Of a stretch of DNA of 64,000 bases, positions 1 through 8,773 are shown one piece after another; positions within the stretch are counted from its first letter, which is position 1, and each line of letters opens with the position of its first letter. The stretch comes from Longimicrobiales bacterium (GTDB lineage: Bacteria; Gemmatimonadota; Gemmatimonadetes; Longimicrobiales; Gaopeijiaceae), in NCBI GenBank assembly GCA_965116905.1, contig OZ220732.1, positions 2,976,001 through 3,040,000 of the forward strand. Direction: 5' to 3'. The notes below the pieces were generated by a model. The model did not search any database, was not told where the DNA came from, and was given only the letters and a program-made list of their open reading frames with translations. The position numbers were made by a program, and so were the translations under genes.

Positions 1-1230
1 TCCGAGCCCCCCCACGACGAACCGGTCGAAGGGGAACATCAGCGAGGCGCCGATGGCCGCCGAGACCAGGATCCGCAGGTAGGAGATCCGGGCGGCGGTC
101 CGCGTATCGCCAAAAGCGTAGAGCGCCGAGGAGAGCACGCGCGAGGCGCCCGAAGCCGGCAGTCCCGGGGCATAGGCGGCCAGGACCAGGCCCGCGGCAG
201 CGGCGTCGTCCGGACCGAACGCCCCGGATCGGAACACCACCATGCACTGCTCCCGGAAAAGGATGTATCCGGCGGTCACCGGCACGAGCCAGAAGAGGAC
301 CCGGCCGACCGCCTGCTCGGTCCGTTCGCGAACCGCCTGCGCGCCGGCGACGCGATCCCTCGACAGCTCCGGCAGCTCCGATGCCGCGATCGACATTCCA
401 AACAGTGAGATGGGCAGGATGTACAGCGGTTGCGCGTACCCCATCAATCCGACAGCCCCCACCGCCAACAGCGTGGCCAGGTTCTGGTCGATGAGCGCGC
501 CGATGTTCACGGCCCCGCGGGCCGCGACGGCCGGCAGGAAGTTGCGCACGACCTCCCGGACAGGGCCGGTCCGCGCGTCGAGCGAGGGCCTCACGTGCCT
601 CAGATGGCGCACCAGGAAAGGCACCTGGAAAAGTAGTTGCAACGCCCCGCCCGCCAGGGCGCCCCAGGCCAGGGCGGTCAGTAGATCTGCTCCCGCCATG
701 CCCCGGCTGGCCGCCGCCACCATTGCCGTGATCATGGCCAGGTTCCACAGCGATGGCGCCACGTAGGAAACAAAGAAGCGGCGATGGCTGTTCAGAACGC
801 CCAGCGCCCACGCCGACACGACGAGCAGACCCGCCATCGGAAAGAGCAGCCGAAGCAATCCGGTGACGATCTCGGCTCTGCCGTCGGCCGTAAATCCGAA
901 CGCCAGCACGGAGACCAGATGGGGTGCAGCCCAGCTTCCCAGGGCCGCCATGGCGCCGGCCGCCACCGCGAGCAGCCCGAGCACGGCTCCCGCCGCCCGT
1001 CCGGCCTCAACCTCCCTGCCCTCTTCCAGGAGCCGGACATAGGCGGGAATGAAAGAGGCGCTCAGGCTGCCCTCGCCCAGCAGGTTCTGGATGACGTTCG
1101 GGATCCGCAGGGCCGCGGTCCACGCGTCCGCCAGGTCCCCGGTGCCGAAGTAGTGGGCGAAAACGCGTCCGCGCACCAGGCCGAGGACCCGGCTGACGAG
1201 GATGCCGGATGCTACGCTGGAGGCAGCCAA
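1..1230 (-). CDS. murJ: Lipid II flippase MurJ/MviN (3' part runs off the window)
   Basis: Manual minus-strand translation gives the MurJ N-terminus GILVSRVLGLVRGRVFAHYFG and ..IPNVIQNLLGEGSLSASFIP. Not in the ORF track because its stop lies outside the window. The TTG start at 1230 is tentative. Confidence 0.9.
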   Translation of the reverse strand, partial: MAASSVASGILVSRVLGLVRGRVFAHYFGTGDLADAWTAALRIPNVIQNLLGEGSLSASFIPAYVRLLEEGREVEAGRAAGAVLGLLAVAAGAMAALGSWAAPHLVSVLAFGFTADGRAEIVTGLLRLLFPMAGLLVVSAWALGVLNSHRRFFVSYVAPSLWNLAMITAMVAAASRGMAGADLLTALAWGALAGGALQLLFQVPFLVRHLRHVRPSLDARTGPVREVVRNFLPAVAARGAVNIGALIDQNLATLLAVGAVGLMGYAQPLYILPISLFGMSIAASELPELSRDRVAGAQAVRERTEQAVGRVLFWLVPVTAGYILFREQCMVVFRSGAFGPDDAAAAGLVLAAYAPGLPASGASRVLSSALYAFGDTRTAARISYLRILVSAAIGASLMFPFDRFVVGGLG

Positions 1231-1304
1231 GGCTCCGTCGCCGCTAGCGTCGTATCCCGGAGATCCGCGTGCCCGAATAGCCGCGGTGCTTCCGGGGCAC
1301 GGCG

Positions 1305-1598
1305 CTAATGCTCCGGGTCGTGGGTCTCATCGCCGGCACCGTCCGGCAACGACCTGCGCTCCGAACGGTCGGCGAGGAGCTTCTGGAAGAACTGGTTCTC
1401 TTCGTCCAGCCGTCCCACTTCGCTCGTGAGACGTTCCAGCTCGCTTTCGAGGTACACCAGGCGATCGTGCGTGGCACCATCCCCCTCCCTCAGATTCCGG
1501 CGCTCAAGCCGGCGCGCGATCGCCTTCCCCACGTCGGAATCGAGCACGATCGCGAGGATCGGGATCAACAGCACAAGCACGGCGATCAATACAAGCAT
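1305..1598 (-). CDS. Small membrane-anchored coiled-coil protein, 97 aa
   Basis: N-terminal hydrophobic helix followed by a heptad-like segment (RLVYLESELERLTSEVGRLDEEN); fills the bshC-murJ gap; promoter-like motif directly upstream. Confidence 0.7.
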   Translation of the reverse strand: MLVLIAVLVLLIPILAIVLDSDVGKAIARRLERRNLREGDGATHDRLVYLESELERLTSEVGRLDEENQFFQKLLADRSERRSLPDGAGDETHDPEH

Positions 1599-1604
1599 GA
1601 CGTA

Positions 1605-1634
1605 AAGCTATGGCGTTTCATCCGAACGTGGCAA
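1605..1634 (-). promoter_or_regulatory. Sigma70-like promoter, probably leaderless, for the 97-aa ORF and murJ
   Basis: TTGCCA-18nt-TAGCTT, 6 nt before the ATG at 1598; no SD. Confidence 0.5.
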
Positions 1635-3290
1635 AGACCCCGCCCGCTCCACGGTGGTCTCGTCGGCCAGAACGCGGATCCGTTCACGGAGCATGGTGAC
1701 GAAATCCGGTCCGTACCTCACGGCGTACTGAAGCGGGCTCAGTACACGGTCCTGAGGCTTGCCCGCCGGCCACAGATTGACGCCGGCCTTGGCGATCTGG
1801 CTGGCGATCGTCTCGCTCCGCCGCTTGATGGCCCGCACGACTTTCTTCTCGAGAGCGCCAAGCGCGGACAGACCGGCGTTGCGTGCCTTGATCACCGCGC
1901 CCCGGAGCACCGGATCGACCGCGGCGGATGCGCTGGAGACGTCGCGGGCACGCGACTCGAGGCCCTGTCGCCAGCGGCTCAGCCCATCCTTCAGGTCTTC
2001 CGGCATTCCGTCTCGTGCGAACCGCGCCTGGAGCAGGTCCCCGTCACGAAGGTCGTCGACCGTGACCCCCAGCTTCTCCATGACCCTGGAGACCTTCCTC
2101 TCGACGACAAGCAGGGACGCGCGTGGCGCAACCACGGGCATCCCGACCCCGTGGCGGCGGAACAGCGCGCCCAATTGACCGAAATACGCCACTTCGCCCG
2201 GTCCCGCAACATAGGCCAGAGTCGGGAACACGAAGCCCTCCACGACCGGACGCAGCAGCACGTTGGGCGACACCAGATCGACCGACTCGTCGATGACGCG
2301 AAGAATGCGCCCCCGGGAGAAATCGCGGCCGGAGCGCCGCAGCCTGAACCCGCCGTCCGTCACGAGAAGCCTGTCGCGGCCCTGGCGAGTGTCGAAGAAC
2401 AGATTGGTGGCCCCCGGCGCCAGTGGGACCTGCAGCCTGTAGCCCGCGGACGCAAGGTGCCCGGCGGTCTCCGTCAACGCCTCTTCGCTCGCCGACGGAT
2501 CCTCGGCCTCCGCGCGCAGGACCGGCCGGGCCAGTTCCTTTAGCCGTGCGTCGGCCCCGTCGACCAGGCCGATCGGCGTGTCCCGCAGCAGAGCCGCCAT
2601 CAGGTCCGCGTACGCGGAAGCCAGCGTGGATCCGGGGTGGTAGGCCTCGCGCAGCAGATCCAGGTACCCGTCGCGATAGTCGTTGCGCGGAAAGCACGCG
2701 GACAGCTCGCCGAGAGCCTGCGCACCCCGGTCACCCAGGAGAATATCGCCAACAGCGCGAGGCATCGGATCCTCGGCGGGCCCCAACGTGATACGGCGCA
2801 GGCGATTCCCGGGATCGATGACGTGGGCGTGGTTCGCCTCGACCCAGTCGTGATCGTCGGAGGCGATCCAGAAGAGCGGCATGACGGGCTTGCCGACAAC
2901 CGGCTCCAGCTCCTCGGCCAGCCGAACGGCCGTCAGCGCCTTGTACAGGCTGTAGAGCGGACCGCCGAACAGGCCGGGCTGCTGTCCCGTAGTGACGAAG
3001 AAGCCCTGCCGATCGACAACGTCCCGAAGCGCGGCCCTCCCGTTGGGTCCCGCCGGGCGCACAAGCTCGGCGGACGAGGAAAGCCGGGCGGGACCGTCCT
3101 CCCGCGTCAGCTCGTCGGCCTTGATCCGGTAGCTGCGGGCGTCGCCGGGGGAGCCCCGATAGAACGCCGATGCCGTGTCCGATCCTTCCAGGTAGTCCCG
3201 AACCAGCCGCGAACCCCCGAGGGGCCTGGAGAGCAGGCGCAGGTCCACTAACCGGACCTTCCCGCACGGACACAAAACCGCCCGGCGCAC
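1608..3290 (-). CDS. bshC: Bacillithiol biosynthesis cysteine-adding enzyme BshC
   Basis: Motifs TTGQQPGLFGGPLYSLYK, WIASDDHD, SPNVLLRP, YVAGPGEVAYFGQL, PQDRV; ~550 aa. Confidence 0.9.
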   Translation of the reverse strand: MRRAVLCPCGKVRLVDLRLLSRPLGGSRLVRDYLEGSDTASAFYRGSPGDARSYRIKADELTREDGPARLSSSAELVRPAGPNGRAALRDVVDRQGFFVTTGQQPGLFGGPLYSLYKALTAVRLAEELEPVVGKPVMPLFWIASDDHDWVEANHAHVIDPGNRLRRITLGPAEDPMPRAVGDILLGDRGAQALGELSACFPRNDYRDGYLDLLREAYHPGSTLASAYADLMAALLRDTPIGLVDGADARLKELARPVLRAEAEDPSASEEALTETAGHLASAGYRLQVPLAPGATNLFFDTRQGRDRLLVTDGGFRLRRSGRDFSRGRILRVIDESVDLVSPNVLLRPVVEGFVFPTLAYVAGPGEVAYFGQLGALFRRHGVGMPVVAPRASLLVVERKVSRVMEKLGVTVDDLRDGDLLQARFARDGMPEDLKDGLSRWRQGLESRARDVSSASAAVDPVLRGAVIKARNAGLSALGALEKKVVRAIKRRSETIASQIAKAGVNLWPAGKPQDRVLSPLQYAVRYGPDFVTMLRERIRVLADETTVERAGSLPRSDETP

Positions 3291-3324
3291 CCACGGAACC
3301 GCCCGGCGCGTCCACGGAACCGCC
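3276..3324. repeat. 21-bp tandem repeat, about 2.3 copies
   Basis: aaccgcccggcgcacccacgg / aaccgcccggcgcgtccacgg / aaccgcc at the methyltransferase-bshC junction. Confidence 0.75.
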
Positions 3325-3333
3325 GCGGAGCCG

Positions 3334-4077
3334 TCATCCGGCTGCCCTGGCGACCAGGATGTACCGTGTCGAGGCCGGCGAGAACGGTGTCCGGTCGTAG
3401 CCGCCGAAGGTGGGACCCGGGGTCATGCCGGCGGACCGCAACATGGAAGTCAGTTCACGCGGACGGTAGAGCCGCACGCGCTCGACGAACTCCCTGCTCG
3501 ACGTACCGTCCACAGGCTTCAGCGTGATCCGCTTCTCGACGATCCGGCCGCCGTTCACGAGCCTTCTCTCCTGGACCACGTCGACCCCGGAAGCACTGCG
3601 GCGATCCTCGGTCCTGAGGTTGGCGACCACATGGTCCGCGTTCAGGAAATCGAGAAGGAACCGCCCGCCGGCCCTCAGCACCCTCCGCACCTCGTGCAAG
3701 ACATCCAGGTCCTCGTCCTCGTCGTCGAAGTAGCCGAAGGAAGTAAAGTAGGACGTAACCACGTCGAACGAACCCGTGCGGAATGGCGGCCGCCTCATGT
3801 CACCAAGCACGAGACCGGCCACGGGAACGGACTTGCGGGCCGCTTCGATCAGCGGGCGAGAGAGGTCGAGCCCTGTCGCCCGATACCCGATCCGCTCCAT
3901 TTCCGTGAGGTGCCTGCCCGCTCCGCACCCGAGGTCGAGTACGCGCGTACCCGATCCCAGGCCGGTGGTATCCCGCAGCAGCGAGACCGCCTGACGCGCC
4001 TCCGCCCTGTCCCGATGCGGATAGAGAGCCAGGTATTCTCCACCGAACCAGTCTCGAAACCACGGGGTGCGTTTCAC
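3334..4077 (-). CDS. Class I SAM-dependent methyltransferase (candidate bacillithiol N-methyltransferase)
   Basis: VLDLGCGAGRH motif I, GDMR, FTSFGYF; N-terminal WFxxWFxxxYLxLYxHRD. The GTG start overlaps the rlmH stop (GTGA). Confidence 0.85.
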   Translation of the reverse strand: MKRTPWFRDWFGGEYLALYPHRDRAEARQAVSLLRDTTGLGSGTRVLDLGCGAGRHLTEMERIGYRATGLDLSRPLIEAARKSVPVAGLVLGDMRRPPFRTGSFDVVTSYFTSFGYFDDEDEDLDVLHEVRRVLRAGGRFLLDFLNADHVVANLRTEDRRSASGVDVVQERRLVNGGRIVEKRITLKPVDGTSSREFVERVRLYRPRELTSMLRSAGMTPGPTFGGYDRTPFSPASTRYILVARAAG

Positions 4078-4538
4078 TTCGGTCCCTTGTGGTAGGGTTC
4101 GTTCCTGAGGATGGTCCCGGCCCGGTACAGCTGTTCCATGAGCACCAGCCGCGCAAAATCGTGCGGCAGCGTGAATGACGAAAGGGACAGTGTGGCCTCG
4201 CAGTCGCGTCGGAGATCCTCGGCGAGGCCGAACGCCCCGCCGATAAGGAAGTGTACCCCCCTTTCGGGTCCTAGCGAAAAGCGCTCGAGCCGGCGTGCCA
4301 TCTCCACCGACGACCACGGCCGGCCATCACGCGTCAGCGCGACCCGGACGAATCCGGGCCGGATCCGAGACCTGATCGCCTCCGCCTCCTTCCGCAGGAC
4401 GTGCGCGGCGAGCTTGCCGCGCGCCTGGGGCACTTCCACGACCTCCAGGCGCCAATAGCGGGCCGCGCGACCCTCGTAGTCCGCGAGCACGGCCCGGAGG
4501 CTCCCGGCCTTCCCGACCGCGACGACCGAGACCTTCAT
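4074..4538 (-). CDS. rlmH: 23S rRNA pseudouridine-1915 N3-methyltransferase RlmH
   Basis: MKVSVVAVGK, FLIGGAFGL, SLSSFTLPH, EQLYRA..GTILRNEPYHK; 154 aa. Confidence 0.95.
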   Translation of the reverse strand: MKVSVVAVGKAGSLRAVLADYEGRAARYWRLEVVEVPQARGKLAAHVLRKEAEAIRSRIRPGFVRVALTRDGRPWSSVEMARRLERFSLGPERGVHFLIGGAFGLAEDLRRDCEATLSLSSFTLPHDFARLVLMEQLYRAGTILRNEPYHKGPK

Positions 4539-5614
4539 GGATCCCGGACCAGGCAGGCCAGCATGCTGCGAAGTGGTTCCCGCGGCTCATCCACCACGCT
4601 GAACCCAACCGCGACGCAGCGGCGCGCCAAACCCGGAAAAGCCGCCAGCTTCTGCGCGTCCTTCGCGGTACAGACCACCGTCCTGCCGTTGCATCGCCGC
4701 GACAGCTGCGCGATGTCGCGCACCCCGAATCGGTGATGATCCGGGAAGGCGGCCAGGTCCACGGTGGAGCCCGGCAGCAGCTCTCTCAGGCCGGCGGCGA
4801 ACGCCTCCGGGCGCGCGATCGAGCACACCGCGAGCACGTTGCCCGCCGGCGGCTCGGCCGGTGATCCGGCCAGGTCGTGCCATCCGCCCATCCGCATCTC
4901 GAGCGTGGAACTGCTCACCTCGGGCGCGAGGCGCGCAAGCCTGGCGATCCACGCATCCGCCGCGGTGCGCTCCGGGCCTCTCCTGGTCACCAGGATATGC
5001 GTGGCCCGTCCGGCGGAAGTCAGGGGCTCCCGGTACGGCCCGCGCGGCAGAAGACGCACGTCCCACGGGTCCTCGGCCGCAACGAGGAGGATGTCCAGCG
5101 CACGCGCCGCCCGACGGTGCTGAAAGCCGTCGTCCAGGAGCGCGAGATCGTGGCCGGCGTTCCAGGCGGAGTGGACACCCGCGACCCGGTCGGGTCCGGC
5201 AAAGACCGCACCGCGTCCGCACCACCGCCTGTAGAGGGCGACCTCATCCCCTCCATAGCCGCGGGTCACCACGGCCGCCCGCTTCCCGATCCCGGCGAGC
5301 CAGTCCCACAGCCACCGGATCACGGGCGTCTTGCCGGTGCCGCCGACCGTGAGGTTGCCAACGGATACGACCGGGATGGGCCCCTGCCGTGGCGGCCTGT
5401 GGTCGTACCAGCGATTCCTGGCCGCCACCACCGCGCGAAACGATGGTTCGGCGGACGCCAGCAACCCCGCGAGCATCCGGTCAGCCCCCGTCGGGTTCGG
5501 GTCGCGCCAGAGACTGGCCAGCCGGGCCCGCGCCGCCGCCGCGATCACGCCCGCACCTCGCCGGACCGCGGCTCGGCCTGCCGCGCTTCGGTACGCCGCG
5601 CCTTGGTACGCCAC
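4535..5614 (-). CDS. lpxK: Tetraacyldisaccharide 4'-kinase LpxK
   Basis: SVGNLTVGGTGKTP, TRGYG, LLDDGFQHR, FPDHH, TAKDAQK. Confidence 0.92.
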   Translation of the reverse strand: MAYQGAAYRSAAGRAAVRRGAGVIAAAARARLASLWRDPNPTGADRMLAGLLASAEPSFRAVVAARNRWYDHRPPRQGPIPVVSVGNLTVGGTGKTPVIRWLWDWLAGIGKRAAVVTRGYGGDEVALYRRWCGRGAVFAGPDRVAGVHSAWNAGHDLALLDDGFQHRRAARALDILLVAAEDPWDVRLLPRGPYREPLTSAGRATHILVTRRGPERTAADAWIARLARLAPEVSSSTLEMRMGGWHDLAGSPAEPPAGNVLAVCSIARPEAFAAGLRELLPGSTVDLAAFPDHHRFGVRDIAQLSRRCNGRTVVCTAKDAQKLAAFPGLARRCVAVGFSVVDEPREPLRSMLACLVRDP

Positions 5615-6744
5615 ACCTCGCGCAGGACATCCTCCATTAGATCTACGACCCTGGAGCTCGCGCCCTTCACCCCCAGGGCCGCTCGCACGCGCTCGAGTCC
5701 CGCTACGGTGCTGCGGCGGGCCGGGGACTCCGGGTCCAGGAGCGGCTCGATTGCGTCGGCCAGCGCGCCCGGTGTGGCCTCGCGCTGAATGAATTCGGGC
5801 ACGACCCGCTTGTTCACGACCAGGTTCGCAAGCGCGATATGCGGCACGCGGACAAGGCGCCGGGCCAGGAAGTGGGTTACGGGATGGGTGCGGTAGGCCA
5901 CCACGAACGGCATCCCCGCAAGCGCTGCTTCGAGCGTGCTCGTACCGGATTTCACGAGCCCCGCCGTCGCGAGCGCCCTCAGCGAATGCCCGTCCTCGGT
6001 CAAGGGGAACGGGAAAAACCGGTAGGCGCTGCGGGGAAGAAACGGGACCTTGCTCACCACCGTCTGAAGGCCTGGAACGCGTCTCTCCAGCTCAAGCGCC
6101 GTCCTCGCAAAGGGCTCGGCGTGGCGGACCAGTTCCTGCTGTCTCGATCCCGGGAAGACCGCCAGCACGGGCCGGTTCGTGTCTAGTTCGAGATCGGCTG
6201 CCAGCCTCTTCGGCTCGCCCGGCGATTCGTCCTCGAGCAGCGGATGGCCGACGAATTCGGCTCTGCCACCGTGGGTCCGGTACAGTTCGGGCTCGAACGG
6301 AAGGATCACCGCGATGCGATTCGCGATGCGGGAGAGTTTCCCTGCCCGGGAGGCCCTCCAGGCCCAAACCTGCGGGCCGATGTAGTAGACCACGGGGATC
6401 CCCCGTCCGGCGGCGTGTTCGGCGATCCTCAGATTCAGCCCGGGATAGTCGATGGGGACGACGATATCGAATCCCCCGCCGTCGAGCATGCCCTTCAGCC
6501 GTCGCTCGAGGCCGCGAAAGAACGGCAGCCGCTTCAGGACCTCGGCGAATCCCATGACGGCGAGCTGGTCCAGCCCCGCGAAGAGGCGAACCCCGGCATC
6601 CTGCATGCGCTCGCCGCCCAGGCCGACGATCTCCACGCCGGGCCACCTGCGGCGGATCTCGGCGGCGACACGTGCGCCGTGAGCGTCCCCGGAGGCCTCT
6701 CCCGCCAGGATCATCACCCTGGCTGGCCGTTTTGCGCGCGTCAT
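5545..6744 (-). CDS. lpxB: Lipid A disaccharide synthase LpxB
   Basis: ILAGEASGD, AVMGFAEV, IDYPGLNL, PQVWAWR, FVGHPL, PGSRQQE, KSGTSTLE; start chosen at ATG 6744. Confidence 0.95.
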   Translation of the reverse strand: MTRAKRPARVMILAGEASGDAHGARVAAEIRRRWPGVEIVGLGGERMQDAGVRLFAGLDQLAVMGFAEVLKRLPFFRGLERRLKGMLDGGGFDIVVPIDYPGLNLRIAEHAAGRGIPVVYYIGPQVWAWRASRAGKLSRIANRIAVILPFEPELYRTHGGRAEFVGHPLLEDESPGEPKRLAADLELDTNRPVLAVFPGSRQQELVRHAEPFARTALELERRVPGLQTVVSKVPFLPRSAYRFFPFPLTEDGHSLRALATAGLVKSGTSTLEAALAGMPFVVAYRTHPVTHFLARRLVRVPHIALANLVVNKRVVPEFIQREATPGALADAIEPLLDPESPARRSTVAGLERVRAALGVKGASSRVVDLMEDVLREVWRTKARRTEARQAEPRSGEVRA

Positions 6745-6776
6745 GGGAGGGTGGAGCGTCCCGACGTCCGTTCGCG

Positions 6777-6911
6777 TCAGAAGAGTCGCCCGAGGTACCA
6801 GATGATCCCGATCACGATCGCCAGCAGGACGACCAGGGTCGTGGGTGACTTGCCTTTGCGGACGTCGATCCACTCGCGTTTACGACGCCGCCGCACGCGT
6901 ATTAGCGACAT
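6777..6911 (-). CDS. Putative 44-aa basic single-pass membrane protein
   Basis: MSLIRVRRRRKREWIDVRKGKSPTTLVVLLAIVIGIIWYLGRLF; fills the gap before lpxB; GAGG close upstream. Confidence 0.55.
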   Translation of the reverse strand: MSLIRVRRRRKREWIDVRKGKSPTTLVVLLAIVIGIIWYLGRLF

Positions 6912-8004
6912 GGTCCTCAATCTGTTGTTCGATGGCCAGGGCGAGTCGAAGAGCTGTCCGTCCATCCTCGCCCGTAACCGGTGGCGGCGCCAGTCCCTGC
7001 ACCGCATCCCGAAACGACGCCAGTTCCGCCACGAGGGGTTCGGTCCCGTCCCCGACGATGGGGATTCGCTCCACGATCGAGGACAATCCGGGCGGCGTGG
7101 GGGCGGCCTCGGCAGGCGCGGAGTCGGCCCCGGGCGGCCTGGGGACCCCCCCCGCGAGCGTGGCGCCCCCCGCGGCCGGCCCGGGCCCCTCGAGCAGCGA
7201 CACGCCCTCCTTGAGCCGAAAGAACTCCCCGCGTCCCGCGGCGAGGTCGAGCGAAAGGTAGCCCGAGCGCTGCCAGACGCGCAGCTTGCGGACTCCCGTG
7301 ACCGAGACGCGGCTGGCGGTCAGGTTGGCCACGGCCCCGCCCTCGAATTCAAGGCGGGCATTGGCGATGTCCACATGACGCGTGAGCACCGGCACCCCGG
7401 TGGCCGCGATGCCGACCAGCGGACGGGCGATCAGGCTGCACAGGAGGTCCACATCGTGGATCATCAGGTCGAGGACGACCGCCACATCGAGTGAGCGGCG
7501 GGTGAAGGGGGACAGCCGGTGCGATTCCACGAACAGCGGGCGATCCAGATGCGGCCGTGCGGCGACCAGAACCGGGTTGAACCGCTCGACGTGCCCCACC
7601 TGGATCAGGACTCCGCGATCCTCTGCGGCCTCGATCATCCGGTCGGCCGCCTCGATACCGGACGCCATCGGCTTTTCCACGAAGACGTCGACACCCGCGC
7701 GGATCGCGTCCATCGCCACGGCCTCGTGCGCGCTCGTCGGCACGGCCACCACGACCGCGTCGGCCCGGTCCAGGAGATCCGCCAGGGAGGTCCGCTCCTC
7801 GATTCCCAGCTCGGCGGCAACCGCGCGGCAGCGGGCCCGATCCACATCGAAGATCCCCGCGTGGCTCACGCCCTCCAGGTCTCGAACCACCCGGGCGTGG
7901 TGGCGCCCCAGCGATCCGACCCCGACGACGCCAACAGCCGGCGGACCCGGCCGGCGCCGGGAGTCAGGTGATGATGCCGCGCTTGCTGCTGCGGATGAAG
8001 TCAA
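6880..8004 (-). CDS. gnnA: Gfo/Idh/MocA oxidoreductase, GnnA-like (UDP-GlcNAc 3-dehydrogenase)
   Basis: GVGSLG, EKP, GHVERFNP, DLMIHDVD, DIANARLEF..ANLTASRVS; position between lpxA and lpxB. Family call is firm; the GnnA function is inferred. Confidence 0.7.
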   Translation of the reverse strand: MTSSAAASAASSPDSRRRPGPPAVGVVGVGSLGRHHARVVRDLEGVSHAGIFDVDRARCRAVAAELGIEERTSLADLLDRADAVVVAVPTSAHEAVAMDAIRAGVDVFVEKPMASGIEAADRMIEAAEDRGVLIQVGHVERFNPVLVAARPHLDRPLFVESHRLSPFTRRSLDVAVVLDLMIHDVDLLCSLIARPLVGIAATGVPVLTRHVDIANARLEFEGGAVANLTASRVSVTGVRKLRVWQRSGYLSLDLAAGRGEFFRLKEGVSLLEGPGPAAGGATLAGGVPRPPGADSAPAEAAPTPPGLSSIVERIPIVGDGTEPLVAELASFRDAVQGLAPPPVTGEDGRTALRLALAIEQQIEDHVANTRAAAS

Positions 8005-8773
8005 GGAAGTAACCCACCTCCGGACACATCAGGTCCTCGCGGCTCTCCACCCGCCGAATCGCCCGGGACAGCGCGATATCCGACTGAAACAGGATGCGGT
8101 ACGCGCTCTTGATACGCCGCCGGACATCGGCTGACAGGCCTCTGCGCTCCAGGCCGACCGTGTTGAGTCCATACAGCTTCGGCGAGGGGTTCCCAACGAC
8201 CCGGCAAAAGGGAGGCACATCCTGCGGGACCCGGGACCCGCCACCCACAAACGAGTGCGCCCCGATCCGCACGAACTGGTGAATCGCCACGAGTCCGCTG
8301 ATCACGGCCCAGTCCTCGATCGAGACGTGGCCGGCCATGTTGGTCGCGTTGGAGACGATGACATGGTTCCCCAGCTCGCAATCGTGGGCGATGTGGGAGT
8401 AGGCCATCAGCAGGCAGTCCGAGCCCACGATCGTCCTGCCGGAGGCCGCCGTGCCGCGGTTGAGGGTCGCGAACTCGCGGATGACCGTGCGGTCTCCGAC
8501 TACGAGGGAAGTCCGCTCGCCCTCGTACTTGAGATCCTGGGGATCGGTCCCCAGCACCGCTCCATTGCCGATGCTGCAGCCGTCGCCCACCACGGTGTCC
8601 CGCTCGATCAGCGCGCGTGGCCCGATCCTGGTGTCCGCGCCGATCCTGACCGAGGGGCCGACGATCGCAAACGGCCCGACCTCGACGCCGTCCCCCAGTT
8701 CGGCCGACCGGTCGACGATGGCCGTCGGGTGCAGCGCGACGCGGCTTCCCGGGCTCGTGGGAGAACCCTTCAC
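7964..8773 (-). CDS. lpxA: UDP-N-acetylglucosamine acyltransferase LpxA
   Basis: HPTAIV, PQDLKY, IREFATLNRGT, HIAHDC, AGHV, HQFVRIG, QDVPPF; the GTG start overlaps the lpxC-fabZ stop. Confidence 0.95.
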   Translation of the reverse strand: MKGSPTSPGSRVALHPTAIVDRSAELGDGVEVGPFAIVGPSVRIGADTRIGPRALIERDTVVGDGCSIGNGAVLGTDPQDLKYEGERTSLVVGDRTVIREFATLNRGTAASGRTIVGSDCLLMAYSHIAHDCELGNHVIVSNATNMAGHVSIEDWAVISGLVAIHQFVRIGAHSFVGGGSRVPQDVPPFCRVVGNPSPKLYGLNTVGLERRGLSADVRRRIKSAYRILFQSDIALSRAIRRVESREDLMCPEVGYFLDFIRSSKRGIIT

